64,000 nt of DNA from an uncultured Verrucomicrobiae bacterium (GCA_963837955.1 CAWIPH010000002.1:4448001-4512000); one strand, 5' to 3'; positions 41,146 to 52,750 are shown, counted from the stretch's first letter. The notes: generated by a model not told the origin, from the sequence alone. Numbers and translations: made by a program.

Positions 41146-42450
41146 TTAGTCAATAGTATGCTTTTGCAAGTGGAGGGTGAAAGAGTCCCGCAGCGCCGGT
41201 AACGCGCTTGGGTTAGATTGATCGTAGGCAGCGAAAAACTCCCCTATCACCATTTTTTCGTTGATATCGACCGTTAAGCGCAGGAAACCAAATTCCTGGT
41301 CGTTGTAAGCGACAACCTTAGCCGAGTCCCCTTTTGGTAAAGCCGAACCGGTAGGGAGGACGACATCGAATGGCAGGTTTGGGAGTGTAGCCATGTCACC
41401 CGCACAGGTTTTAGAGAGCTTTTCCACCGCTGCATGCCCTCCACTGCCGGCTATCAGGTACGGGATTTGCCAACCGCTGGCGTATGTGTAGGTGATTCTC
41501 TGATAAAGATGGGCGTGAGCAGAAATAATAACGTCAGGGTATTGACCGCTTTCGTGAAAAGCTTGTTGCAGAATGTTGCTAAGCGGTTGCAAGACGCCGG
41601 CGGGCAGTGGCCGGCGCGGCGTCGGGCCCAAGTTTGGGTCGCCGCGCTCGGCGAAATTAGCCGCACCGGAATACGGAGGATAGTGTAACGCCAGGAAAAT
41701 CACTTTTCCATCGGCGACGTCCTTGATACCCTTCAAGGTTCTGACCAGCCACTGATATTGCGGGTTGTCTGTACTCATCGGGTCGTCCAACTGCCCACCA
41801 TTAATGTCATTCGTGTAGAGACCGACGATATAGGCGACTGATGTTTCGAATAACCAGTAGAGATACGGCTGAGTCATCGTCAGCCGCCGGTCTGTTTGAT
41901 TGTCCGGACTTGCCTCTCTTTTCGAGCCGCAAAAGTTCTGCAGAAAATGAAGGATTGCTGATTTCTTGCTATGGTCGGAGCTCTTGCCGTCGTGGTTACC
42001 CGAGATCGCTAAAATGCTACGATCATAGCCGGTGAACTGGGCATAGAACTGTGAGTTGTACATCGCCGTTTGGTCCTTGCCTTCCGGATCCGAGGGATCT
42101 TCGTCCTTGTAGACAACATCGCCCAGATGAAACAAAAACGACGTCCCGACAGCCCGTGAACTCCCGCCGCTTATGCGAGGATTAGAGATCTGTGCCGCCA
42201 TGGCTTTAGCCACCTGCAGCCCGGGCAAATGATCCTTGAAGTCGCCGGAACATCCCACCGCATGAAAGCTCAGGACGCCTCGTTGTTTAACGGCGCGCGA
42301 TTCGTCGGGGTCGATGTCCTTTAAGGTGAGCCGATGCGAACCACTTGGAGGATCGACCGGAATGGAAGTCCATACCCCGTGCTCGACGCATGCGGGGTAC
42401 GCCGGGTTAGCATCACCAGTCGTCGTTGGAAGGTCCGTCGCCATATTCAA
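41146..42450 (-). CDS. Calcineurin-like metallophosphoesterase
   Basis: HLGDVVY, GNHDG, HYPPY, AHAH motifs; motif I reads GCSG. Confidence 0.85.
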   Translation of the reverse strand: MNMATDLPTTTGDANPAYPACVEHGVWTSIPVDPPSGSHRLTLKDIDPDESRAVKQRGVLSFHAVGCSGDFKDHLPGLQVAKAMAAQISNPRISGGSSRAVGTSFLFHLGDVVYKDEDPSDPEGKDQTAMYNSQFYAQFTGYDRSILAISGNHDGKSSDHSKKSAILHFLQNFCGSKREASPDNQTDRRLTMTQPYLYWLFETSVAYIVGLYTNDINGGQLDDPMSTDNPQYQWLVRTLKGIKDVADGKVIFLALHYPPYSGAANFAERGDPNLGPTPRRPLPAGVLQPLSNILQQAFHESGQYPDVIISAHAHLYQRITYTYASGWQIPYLIAGSGGHAAVEKLSKTCAGDMATLPNLPFDVVLPTGSALPKGDSAKVVAYNDQEFGFLRLTVDINEKMVIGEFFAAYDQSNPSALPALRDSFTLHLQKHTID

Positions 42451-42550
42451 ATGGTTCGTTACCGAGCTTTGATTAACCCGACAAGGAAAATTAGCAGTTA
42501 ATGGATAGGGTCACTAGGACTCCTAAGACCCTCCAGTCCGAGCGCACCGG

Positions 42551-43348
42551 CTACTGCGGTAGAAGTTCCGGACGGTACTCGAAATGCATCGTGTCATAGT
42601 GGTACCACTTGCCGCCCCAGATGAAGCCGTGCCGCTCAAATATCTCCACGATCTCGTGAGGAATTCGGTTCCGATATGGAATGGAACCTTCATGGCCGAG
42701 CCCACTGCCCCAACGCCAGTAGTCGGAAAAGCCTGAATTGATATCGATCGCAATCCCGAAAGAATGCGCGCTTAATTGCTTGGACCCGGCGATTTGCCGC
42801 CAATTAAATGTTCCGGCTATGTTTGTGACGTACTTCTTTTTATCCGGTGGTAGCTGATCGAATTCCTCGGAGATCGCGGTCAGCTTTTTATCTATTCCAT
42901 TGACCGTAGTGATCCGCACCCTCTCATGAGTCGACCGCGGGAGCCATGGGATGCTAGTCAAATGCGATTCGACCTCTTTCGCGTTGGCGCCGTACATCGC
43001 CATGAAGAGCATGGAACAGCGAAATCTGCCAGGGTCAAAGTTCACGGCGGGCGCTCCGTACGAGTCTGGACCAACTGGGTACGACTGGGCTAGTTCATCT
43101 TTCGGATCAGCGTCTGAAAGTAGTTGTTCATAGGTCTTGCTTCGCCCATCGTCGAAGACCAACTCACGGCCGTCGCGGAGAATTAACTTATTATCCCGGT
43201 ACCCAGCCAAAGATTCTGGATAGGCGCGCAGAAAGATCGCTGCCTTAGCGGGAAGATCGGCCGCCGGCGCTTTGATCACGATGCTCAAAAGAAAGGTGAT
43301 GGCCAAGACAGTAGCGCCGCTCCGCCTGACCGCCTGAAGCAAAGACAT
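42551..43348 (-). CDS. M15-family metallopeptidase (D,D/L,D-peptidase-like), secreted
   Basis: WR.IAG...LS.HSFGIAIDIN, FIWGGKWYHYDTMHFEYRPE. Confidence 0.9.
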   Translation of the reverse strand: MSLLQAVRRSGATVLAITFLLSIVIKAPAADLPAKAAIFLRAYPESLAGYRDNKLILRDGRELVFDDGRSKTYEQLLSDADPKDELAQSYPVGPDSYGAPAVNFDPGRFRCSMLFMAMYGANAKEVESHLTSIPWLPRSTHERVRITTVNGIDKKLTAISEEFDQLPPDKKKYVTNIAGTFNWRQIAGSKQLSAHSFGIAIDINSGFSDYWRWGSGLGHEGSIPYRNRIPHEIVEIFERHGFIWGGKWYHYDTMHFEYRPELLPQ

Positions 43349-43349
43349 G

Positions 43350-43949
43350 TCAATCAGACAGGATGGTCACGGTTATGCCACGCTCATAGATTTCAGTGCG
43401 GATCAGAGGTGTTCCGTTCACAACGCGTTCGATCGCTTGCGGCGTGGTCGCTCCGTTCTCTAACAGCCTCTCGAGACTCGCGCGGTTCGTTTTGTTGCTG
43501 AAGAACGAGTCAGATTGATCTTCCGGGTCGCGAATACCGTAGACATAGAAGTTGGCCCGATCTTGCCGGATGATTGCGGCTGCGCTTAGCAGCCGCTGGC
43601 CGTTGCTGTTGAAATGGTCTCGCACGCTAAGTCGCGCAACGTACGAGTCGACATAAGCTCCCATGTCTGGTCCTGCATGGAGGGGCTGCAGAGTCGCTCC
43701 GAGGAAGAGCGCGATCAAATAACAAAGGTGGCGTCTGCTTTTCGGGTTTACCCGGACGGAGGACCCGTCCCGTCGACGATCCCGGATCGACTTGGCGTCT
43801 GACGTAAGCACGATCCGATTGGCGAAAATCCGAGGCCCAGCAAAGCGTTTCACTAAAGATCGGAGGCTTTCACCCCAAGTGATCGCTATGAAAGTGAGTG
43901 CCGACATGCAGCGCGCGCCCCGAGAGGCTTTCTCACTCCCCGAACGCAC
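43350..43949 (-). CDS. Hypothetical exported protein (true start probably downstream)
   Basis: Y.ARLS..DHFNSNG.RL..AAAIIRQDRANFY segment preceded by a hydrophobic stretch; abuts the M15 gene. Confidence 0.6.
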   Translation of the reverse strand: MRSGSEKASRGARCMSALTFIAITWGESLRSLVKRFAGPRIFANRIVLTSDAKSIRDRRRDGSSVRVNPKSRRHLCYLIALFLGATLQPLHAGPDMGAYVDSYVARLSVRDHFNSNGQRLLSAAAIIRQDRANFYVYGIRDPEDQSDSFFSNKTNRASLERLLENGATTPQAIERVVNGTPLIRTEIYERGITVTILSD

Positions 43950-44176
43950 CGCTTTATGTTATCCTTCCGGACGAGCGATAAACGCAAGCCAATAATACAT
44001 CGCTGGAGTTGGACTCTTACGATGCGGACGGAGTAATCGATTGCCGATGTGTATCGGTAGCCGGCACCTGCTACCGATCACACCATCTTGAATCCGTCAG
44101 CAGAAGGCCGTGACACTCCGTGCCATGGTTCTACGGTACGAGTAGAGCTTCAACCCGCGGCTGCGCTAGACCTATC

Positions 44177-44551
44177 TTATGCCCCGGGGGCGCAGCCTTC
44201 CGGCCCGAACATTTGACGAACCTCGGTCTCGCCCTCCCAGCCCGGCCAATATTTGTTGTGAAGTTCCATGAAGTGGACCGCCGATTCGATCGCCTCTTCC
44301 TTCGATTTGTACTCAAACTGCGCATAACCGCCGATGACCTCCTTTGCCTCGGTGAAAGGCCCATCGATCACGGTCACCTTCCCCCCGGAGAGCCGGACAC
44401 GGGCACCCTGCGCAGTCGGCGCGAGCCCTCCGGTCCCGAGCATCCTGCCGGCTTTGGTCTCTTGTTCGGCCTCCTGCATAATAGCATCCATCAGCTCCTT
44501 AGGCGGCTGGCCCTGCTTCTCAGCGTGCTTAACTATCATCATGAATCGCAT
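44177..44551 (-). CDS. YciI/DGPF-domain protein
   Basis: MRFMM, DGPFTEAKEVIGGY, EVRQ. Confidence 0.9.
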   Translation of the reverse strand: MRFMMIVKHAEKQGQPPKELMDAIMQEAEQETKAGRMLGTGGLAPTAQGARVRLSGGKVTVIDGPFTEAKEVIGGYAQFEYKSKEEAIESAVHFMELHNKYWPGWEGETEVRQMFGPEGCAPGA

Positions 44552-45012
44552 CGTTAGATTTCCTTATTAGTTTGGGTTGTGAGCCGAGTTTTTCGGACCA
44601 TCTCGAACGGCCGGACCTGGGCTCTAACCTCTGCGTCGAACGAGAGGTAGCAAAATCGACACGGAAAATGAACTTTTTTAGGCACACCCCAAAGACCTCA
44701 CGCAAAGACGCGTTACCCGGTAGGGCTGAGCTTCCGACTTCGCGAAGGTTGAAAATCGTATCACCACCCGGTGGATGCTTCGTCGGACACGCCTGCTCGG
44801 CCGGAATCATCTCACGCAAAGGCGCAAAGGTTTAAACGCCGGCAACGCCGGGAGCGCCGACAACGCCGGGAACGGACTGGCTTCTAAATTCTGTTAGCAC
44901 ACGCCGGAATGTTGAATGTTTAGACGTGACCCTATGGGAGACCGTTGCCACTGCTCACCGCTCCACCGCATCACCGCATCTGCTATCTGCTATGCGCTTC
45001 GCCCGTCATCTG

Positions 45013-45240
45013 TCATGCGCTTCGCCCGCGCAGACGTATAATGACCCGAGGGGAGAACAAGGCACCGAATGTCTTGCTCAGGTCCTCCGGCGGAAAGGGT
45101 AGCTTGCTGAAGTACTCGCGCGTGTGGTCCAAAGCCAGGAGCATCATGACCAATCCACGCAACACATCCACAGACATGATGCGGGTGGATCCGGTTGACG
45201 GAGATGAGGTCTCGATGGCTGCAATACGTTGCACATGCAT
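45013..45240 (-). pseudogene. 5' fragment of a DUF1624-like membrane protein, cut at a repeat
   Basis: RI.SVDVLRGLVM.L.ALDH.R.YF N-terminal motif; ORF ends after 75 aa in GRSA*. Confidence 0.7.
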
Positions 45241-45358
45241 TGGAATTCATGAATAAGGCGGGTAATAAACATCGCAGTTTGAGAAGCCGCTCTTTTTTTG
45301 TCCCAGTTGCCGTAATCGCTGTCCAAGCCGTTGGCACGAGGGTCCGCCCGCATAGCAG

Positions 45359-46039
45359 TCTCACGCAAAGACGCCAAAGACCGGCTGAGCTCCGCTCGGC
45401 CGGAAATAACCTCACGCAAAGACGCCAAGACGCAAAGGGGGGAAGCGGACTTAGATCCAGAACTTAGAATTTAGAATAGTAGGCGCTGGCGAAGCGCATG
45501 ACTGGCGAAGCGGATGACAAATGACAAATGACCAATGACAAATGGTAGAACTGGCCCTGATTCCGGAATTTGGCAATCGTCCTCGTGCTCGTCGTCGTCG
45601 TCGAAAGGTCAAAGACTGAAGAAAAACCTCACGCAAAGACGCCAAGACGCAAAGGATGGGACCTAGAATCTAGAAGTTGGAATTTAGAAAAGCTATGCAC
45701 GGAGATACCGACAGATGGCGGGCGAAGTGCATGACAAATGACCGATGACAAATACGCCGAAGGCGTAACAGGACTCAGCCCAGGGCGGAGGTTTTGCGGA
45801 ACCCTGGGTTAGATCCCGAAAAGAGCGAACGCTCTGTAAGAGCGCAAGAAAAGGGCTGAGATCGCGGAAAACACGTGCACACGAAGTCCGCAAAGAAGAC
45901 TCTTTTTAAACAGAAGGTAGCAAAGGAAGCAAAGTTTGGACTACCGGCTGCTGAATTCCGGCTTCTCATCAATTTGTCATCTGTCATCTGTCATCTGTCA
46001 TCTGTCATTTGTCATTTGTCATTTGTCATGCGCTTCGCC
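45359..46039. repeat. Mosaic repeat module including a TIR-bounded unit at 45721-46039
   Basis: Octamer, hexamer and heptamer arrays; aggactcagcccaggg..ggaaccctggg copy. Confidence 0.85.
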
Positions 46040-46352
46040 CACTACCGCGGCGCCATATATTGGCCAAATCATGGATTCGTGCGCAGAAAAGGGGGTCGAA
46101 CTGGTGGTCAGATTGCTCCCCGCGGAACCGAGCAAAGACATCGGCTTCGCAATCATGAGTCACTTCCATTACTCTCCCGATATTCGCATCATAACCTGTC
46201 AACGATGGAAGAGGTTGCGAGTTATCTTCTGGAATAAACACAACGTATCGACGCGCTGTTTTGGGGGAACGGACTCGGTTGAAATAACTCCCCGGCAAAA
46301 AAGCTTTCAAGACGCTGGTTACTTTTGCAGAAATTGATGCCACAACTTCAAC

Positions 46353-47516
46353 ATGCTTAAGTTTACATCGCGTCGCCGAGCCTGGAGGCTTTTGCTCGTC
46401 GTTGCCGCAGCGGTCAGCGCTTTCGGCTGTGCCGAACTGCGAACGCCTTACACCGAATCGGAACTGCAAATCGCCGTGCCGATGGGAGTACCCGGGGTTC
46501 GTGCTTGGGTGGATGCGCCGCTCTCGGTATTGCGGACGCAGGTGGCCCAGTTACCGGCATTAAACGGAGCAGATGCCTTTTCCATCCTCGCCCTCTCCGG
46601 CGGAGGAGAACATGGAGCGTTCGGCGCCGGCCTCCTTTGCGGTTGGAGCGAAAACGGTCATCGCCCCACTTTCAGCATCGTAACGGGAATTTCGACCGGC
46701 GCACTGATGGCGCCTTTCGCTTTTTTGGGGTCCGCCTACGATCCGCGTCTCAAAGCGCTGTACACAGAGATGTCATTCCACGGCCTGCTTTCAGGTAGTC
46801 CTCTCACCGGCCTTTTTGGTGAAGGCCTCTACCATACTCGACCGCTCCAACGCGTCGTTGACCGGCAGGTCGACCAGGCAATGCTCCCGACATCGCCGCT
46901 GCCTATCGGCATGGGCGACGGCTCTTCGTGGTGACCACTAACCTCGATGCGCAGCGGCCGGTGCTGTGGAATATGGGAGCAATCGCCGCCAGCGGACGAC
47001 CCAACGCGCTGGAGTTATTTCGCAAGGTCCTGGTCGCTTCGGCGAGTATTCCGGGATATTCGATTCCGTCTTTATTGAGTCAGAGGCCAACGGACACCAT
47101 TTCAAGGAAATGCATCTCGATGGTGGTACAACTTTGGACGTGCTTCCCATGCCGCTCAAGCTTGCGGCGGCAGGCCGGCTCGATGCGGCGCGCCGGACGC
47201 CTGGGCAGCTCTACATCATCATTAACAACAATCTCGATCCGGCATTCGCGATGACTAAGCCGAAAACCTTGTCTATCACTGCTCGTGCGTTCAATACGCT
47301 CACAAAAGTGACATCTATGCTGCGATCTTGGACTCTTACCTGTTTGCGGGAAAGCAAGGCTTACAGTTCAATTTCGCCTACATTCCAAACAGCTTTAAGG
47401 TGAAAAGCATCGAGCTTATCGACCCGAATTATATGAGGGCGCTATTCGAGTTTGGCCGCGCTCAGGGCCGGCTTGGCGGCGACTGGGAGCATATTCCACC
47501 TCGTCTATACCGGTAA
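46353..47516 (+). CDS. Patatin-like phospholipase lipoprotein, three 1-nt frameshifts
   Basis: LSGGG..GAFGAG, GISTG, TTNLD, ASASIPG, DGG motifs spread over four ORF pieces; single missing bases at ~46887, ~47055 and ~47305 restore one ORF. Confidence 0.8.
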
Positions 47517-48348
47517 GGAGCATATCCCCGCCGGCTCCCAAACCCACAGACAACGCCGAGAGCGCCGACAACGCCGACATCGACTGGGGCCCTTAAGACG
47601 TGATTGGGTCGTGTCAAAACCAGCGCTTTGATGGGGGTCCCCCCGCGCACACTTACCATTTCGTGGATTACCGGCTAACCTGGTCGTACCAACATTTGAC
47701 GCTCCCGGATCCGATGTTTGCGACGCACCTTCAGCGCTAGGACCGCTCTTTTATTCTTGTTCCTGGGCTTCGCCCTAGGCTATCTTGAAGCACGGCTTCG
47801 CCGCTGAAAACCTGCCCGTCAAATTTGATCAAGCGAAGCCTGACAGGCCGCCAGTGTGGAGGCTTTGCGGAACCCTGGTTGAGTACAGAAAAGCGATCCC
47901 GCTTCGTCTTGTCCCACCATAGTCCGTCCCCTCAAAGCCGACGTGCTAACAAGTTCAGCGGCAGCGGACTTGTCCGACGAAGCCTTGTCCTCTGATCCAG
48001 TCATGGTTACCGGGTGGGCGAAGTCGGAACGACGTGACAGAACTCAACCCGAATGTTCTAAACGGACTATTTCAGCAGGCTCTTCCGGGGCTCCATTTGC
48101 TATTGGCTATTTCTAATGGGCTTCGCCCCCCTCTCCTCGCTACTAAATTCCAAATTCCAAATTCCAGATTCTAGATTCTAGAACGTTTCCTTTGACGCCG
48201 AATAAGTAGAGGCGTCCATTTCAGTGTCGCTCAGAGACCTTTGACTAAAGGTATTCTCCTGACCCCTCGCGCACGGATGTTCCTGGAGCCCGCGAAATCC
48301 CGCAGCAGGTCGTTAAGCGACGACCCTTCTAAACTTCGAGATCAGGTA

Positions 48349-49155
48349 ATGAAAACGCGGCTTGAGAATCAGATTGCTATAGTAACCGGATCAAGTTCCG
48401 GTAACGGACGAGCGATTGCACTCGCCCTTTCATCGTCAGGCGCGACGGTCGTCTGCGCCGATTTAAACAAAAAAGCTCGGCAGGAAGGCTATGAAGAGGA
48501 TATCGAAGTCGACACAGATGATGTGATCCAGCGTCGAGGAGGCAAAGCCGTTTACGTTCAAGCCGATGTCCGATCTGCCTCCCAAGTGCAAGGCCTGGTG
48601 ACACGTGCCGCCTCTGATTTTGGGCGGCTCGACATCATGGTTAACAACGCCGGGATATTTCCGGGACTTCATACGATACTTGATGAAAGCGAAGAGGTAT
48701 TCGACTCGGCGATGGCGGTGAACGCTAAGGGTGTCTGGCTTTGTTGCAAGTACGCGATCACGCAGATGCTAACCCAGGAGCCGCTCGAGACCGCCTCACG
48801 TGGCAAAATCGTGAACATAGCTTCGGTCGCAGCGCTGATCGGACTAGGCCACCATCCCGCTTACAGCGCATCAAAAGCTGCGGTGGTCAATTTAACGCGT
48901 CAGTTAGCAGTTACCTTTGGCCCCCAGCGGATCAATGTGAACGCCGTGTGTCCGGGACTTATCCCAACAGCGATGACTCGACCGACCAACCGAGAAACCG
49001 AGGAATGGCATAGGGGCGCTCTGCAAGGAACGCCCTGGCCGCACCTCGGCACTCCCCAAGACGTAGCTCATTGCGTGTTATTTCTCACCTCTCCGGAGGC
49101 GGAGTGGATCACAGGCACAATATTGTCTACCGACGGCGGCGTTTCAGCGATGTGA
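48349..49155 (+). CDS. SDR-family oxidoreductase
   Basis: TGSSSGNG, NNAG, YSASK, VNAVCPG, DGG. Confidence 0.93.
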   Translation: MKTRLENQIAIVTGSSSGNGRAIALALSSSGATVVCADLNKKARQEGYEEDIEVDTDDVIQRRGGKAVYVQADVRSASQVQGLVTRAASDFGRLDIMVNNAGIFPGLHTILDESEEVFDSAMAVNAKGVWLCCKYAITQMLTQEPLETASRGKIVNIASVAALIGLGHHPAYSASKAAVVNLTRQLAVTFGPQRINVNAVCPGLIPTAMTRPTNRETEEWHRGALQGTPWPHLGTPQDVAHCVLFLTSPEAEWITGTILSTDGGVSAM

Positions 49156-49171
49156 AAATTCCCGTTAAAAC

Positions 49172-49770
49172 CTCACGCAAAGACACGGCCGAAATCATCT
49201 CACGCAAAGACGCCAAGACGCAAAGGATAGGAAGCGGACCTAGAATCTAAAAGTTGGAATTTAGAATAGGTAGGAAGGGGAAATTTGGGAATCGTTCTCG
49301 TGCTCGTCCTCGAAGGGTCAAAGACGGAAGAAAAATCTCACGCAAAGTCGCAAAGACGCGGAGCCGGATTTTTGAACAGGAGGTAACAGAGGAAACGGAG
49401 AAACCGTTCAGCTCAAGTCGAAGCCGGAAAAGCTCACGCAAAGTCGCAAAGTCGCAAAGACGGATGCTAAACAGAAGGTAACAGAGGAAACGAAGTTTGG
49501 ACTCACTCTGACTTCTGAACTTCCTGCTTCCGGATTTTGCAGCTTGGTACGCGACCTGTCCGACGAAGCCTTCCGTGACGGTCGAACATGGCTAATGCTT
49601 GGCGAACTTGGAAAGCTTAACAGGACTCAGCCCATGTCCTTCGTTATTTCAATAGGTCCTTCAGGCCTTCATTTGCTATCTGCTATTTGCTATTTGTCAT
49701 GCGCTTCGCCCGGAGGCTTTGCGAACCTGGGTCGGGGTGAAGTGTAACGGAACTCTCGGGGTAGCAAAAA
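49172..49770. repeat. Mosaic repeat module
   Basis: Four forward octamer arrays, nonamers, heptamers, atgcgcttcgcc. Confidence 0.85.
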
Positions 49771-49929
49771 GGTAAGAACCTTTGCCTCTAAGCACCACGA
49801 ATGTTGATGTTTAAGACTCGACCCTGGCAAATCCCTGCGATGATTGACCACATTTCCCAAAGCTGCCCAGAGGCTAGGCGCAGCATAGATTTGGTCAGTT
49901 AGTTTACAAGCGAAGAAAGCGTTGAGCGT

Positions 49930-50565
49930 CTATTGCGAGTCCAATGCGGGCGGCCGTTGCTTTCGCAACCAGGCTTTAGCGGAATCGGCCATCACAACCA
50001 GGGAAGCGCCCATCATTATAGCATCCTTGATTACCAGCCGTCCGGCCCCGCTCAAGAACGGAAAGCCGTGGTTGACGTCGCCGAGCGGAGGCACCCAGCA
50101 CGCCGGCGTTGTGACGAGAAAGGAGAGCGTTGCAAGCGACATCACGAATACCAAGAATCCACCCAGCGCTGCGACCTGCGGAAGCCATGGGTGGAGACAG
50201 AGCATCAATCCGTACAGCACGATCACTGCACCGAGGCCGTAAGCGAAAGCGTACGTCTGGTTTTTCTCATTCCATTCAACGTTTGCCGGCACGAGGGTTC
50301 CCTCAGGGTTCATATGCGCTTTGTAATGGCCGGGATCCGCGTAGAAGAAGCTCATGAGCGGGCTGTTCGCGACGAAAGGCACGATCCCCTGTGCCTCGTA
50401 TTTGAAGGCCTTCAGACCGCCGATCCAGAGAAGGACGACGATGAGACCGGTGCGGGTCACTATGACGCCGACGCGGTCCGCCCGTGCCGCGATTTCGAAG
50501 ATGCGCGTGATCATGCGGGGCACGGTTTTGAAAGTGGGCTCAGCGTGGGTGATAGTTTGGTTCAT
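49930..50565 (-). CDS. DUF417/YkgB(RclC)-family membrane protein
   Basis: WIGGLK...YEA.GIVPFVANSP.MSF, TLSFL.TTP, GFPFLSGAGRLVIKD. Confidence 0.88.
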   Translation of the reverse strand: MNQTITHAEPTFKTVPRMITRIFEIAARADRVGVIVTRTGLIVVLLWIGGLKAFKYEAQGIVPFVANSPLMSFFYADPGHYKAHMNPEGTLVPANVEWNEKNQTYAFAYGLGAVIVLYGLMLCLHPWLPQVAALGGFLVFVMSLATLSFLVTTPACWVPPLGDVNHGFPFLSGAGRLVIKDAIMMGASLVVMADSAKAWLRKQRPPALDSQ

Positions 50566-50732
50566 AGGTATAGATGTTGATTTGCGATATCGAAAAATAT
50601 TCGAAATAGTTCTTTCACGGAATGGATGGACACCACGGATCCATGGACGAAAACGCCCGGGTCGTTCCAATACTTGTGAGATGGATTTGAAATCCGAAGA
50701 GCCGGTCAGAAGACCAAACAGAACTGGGGTGC

Positions 50733-51697
50733 ATGAAATCCGGAAGCCAGCCCGCCGCTTTGACATTGCTCGACCCGCGTGAGAGCCATATCGCTTTTCA
50801 GTTGCAGAATTTCACGCTTACTGCCGGATCTGTGTTCAGCGAACGATCTAACTATTTCAACGTCCGGTGGATCAAGACTGGATCTGGCGCCTGGGATTTG
50901 GATCTAGCGACCTTCTCCTTTTCTTCGCCGGCCCTCCTCTTCGCGGCTCCTTATCAGGATATCCTCTTGAGAAGTCAGGAACCGATCACCGGCGTCTGTA
51001 TTCGTTTTCATGCGGAGTTTCTTTGTATCGAAACTCACCATGAAGCGATCGGATGCAACGGTGTTCTGTTTAACAATGTTTACGGAGTGCCATTGACCCG
51101 TTTAGCGCCGGATGACGAGCCGGTTTTCGATGCAATCGTCGAGCAAATGCAAGCGGAATTAGGCTTGGGCGCCCTCGCCACCTCAGAGATACTGGTCTCG
51201 TATTTGAAAATCTTCTTGATCAAAGCAACTCGTCTGAAAATAAGCCAGGACGCGTACGCTACAGAGAGTCTCGCCCCCCGCATACCGCCGATACTCGATC
51301 GGTTGAAAGCGTTGATCGAGCAACACTATCGATCGAAGCATCGTCCCGCTGACTATGCAAAAATGGTGGGAATGAATCCCCGGGCACTCGGCAAGCTAAG
51401 CAGGACGTACTTTCACAAAACCCTGACCGAGCTCATTCGGGAAAGGATCTTAAAACACGCAAAATGGCAGTTGCTCATACTTTGCGACCCGTAAAAGAGG
51501 TCGCTTACGAAGTCGGATTCGATGACGAATTCTATTTCAGTCGTCTTTTCAAGTCTTCCACAGGGTGTTCGCCGCAATTCTATCGAGAATACGAAACAGA
51601 GATTCGCGGCGGAAAAAATCTATTGCCGGTAGACAAACTGGAATCGATGCGCCGAAAGCATGCCGCGCTGAATCGGTGGGAAAACGAGCCGATATAA
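50733..51697 (+). CDS. AraC-family regulator, one frameshift at ~51475
   Basis: CNGVLFNN N-domain; HTH continues as [23 protein letters not shown] in the next frame; divergent from the DUF417 gene. Confidence 0.85.
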
Positions 51698-51906
51698 GGA
51701 CACGTAGCGTCCGAGTCGGCGATGCGTGCTCTTGTTGGTTGTCGACCTGAGCAAAGAGTTGGCGATCTTTTAGCGATTACCCTATTTTAACGTGGATCGT
51801 AGCCGGAGAGCATTACTTACGACCGACAAGGAACTAAAGCTCATTGCAGCGCCCGTGATCATGGGTTCAGCAAAAGTCCGATGAACGGATAAAGGGGCCG
51901 TTGAAA

Positions 51907-52095
51907 GGGTCAGTCAACAATTATTGACAGATCGGACCCAATCTCGGAACTCGGCCATCCTTTTGCCAGCTTAGTATTGGCGTCGATCCGCCGGATTTGC
52001 TGGCGGACATTGGCGGCGTGCGCAGGCCAAGATGTTCACTAGTCTCTCGCTCTTCTGGGTTTCGCGTCTCTTTGTCAAGAATTGTTGACTGACCC
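51907..52095. repeat. MITE/REPIN-like element with 23-bp inverted ends
   Basis: gggtcagtcaacaattattgaca (51907-51929) vs tgtcaagaattgttgactgaccc (52073-52095), one mismatch. Confidence 0.75.
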
Positions 52096-52129
52096 CTTTT
52101 CCTGACCCTCTTAACACGGCCGGGAATAA

Positions 52130-52738
52130 TCTCACGCAAAGTCGCAAAGACGCGGAGCCGGATTTTTGAACAGGAGGTAACAATAAAAATAGAGAAACCG
52201 TTCAGCTCAAGTCGAAGCCGGAAAAGCTCACGCAAAGACGCGTTGCCCGGTAGGGCTGAGCTCCCGCTCGGCCGGAATTTCTCACGCAAAGACGCGAAGA
52301 CGCAAAGTAGGAAGTGATTGGTGATTGGTAAACGGTGAACGGAGCGACCTGCGGTATAGATCGTCCATCTGCTATCTTGCTATCTGCTGATTTGCTATAT
52401 GACATGCGCTTCAGCCCAGGTGGAGGCTTTGCGGAACCCTGGGTCAGGGTGAAGTGTAACGGAACCCTCGGGGTAGCAAAGGTAAGAATCTCTGCGCTCT
52501 TTGTGTTCCTTGGCCGACGAAGCTTTCGCTGTAGTTGGAAGTCTAAGAAAAAAGTCAGCGAACTTGGAATCTTGGCGAAGTCTGCTTTCGCGGCTATTCA
52601 CTGTTTCAGACGTGACCCCATTTTGGATGATCTACCGCACGTCGCTCCGTTCTCCAATCACCAATCACCCCTCACTTCCTCCGTTTGCGTCTTGGCGTCT
52701 TTGCGTGAGATCATTCCGGCAGGCGTCTTTGCGTGAGA
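52130..52738. repeat. Mosaic repeat module bounded by inverted octamer arrays
   Basis: ctcacgcaaag at ~52131, ~52227, ~52281; ctttgcgtgag at ~52700 and ~52730. Confidence 0.85.
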
Positions 52739-52750
52739 TTCTTTGCCTTC

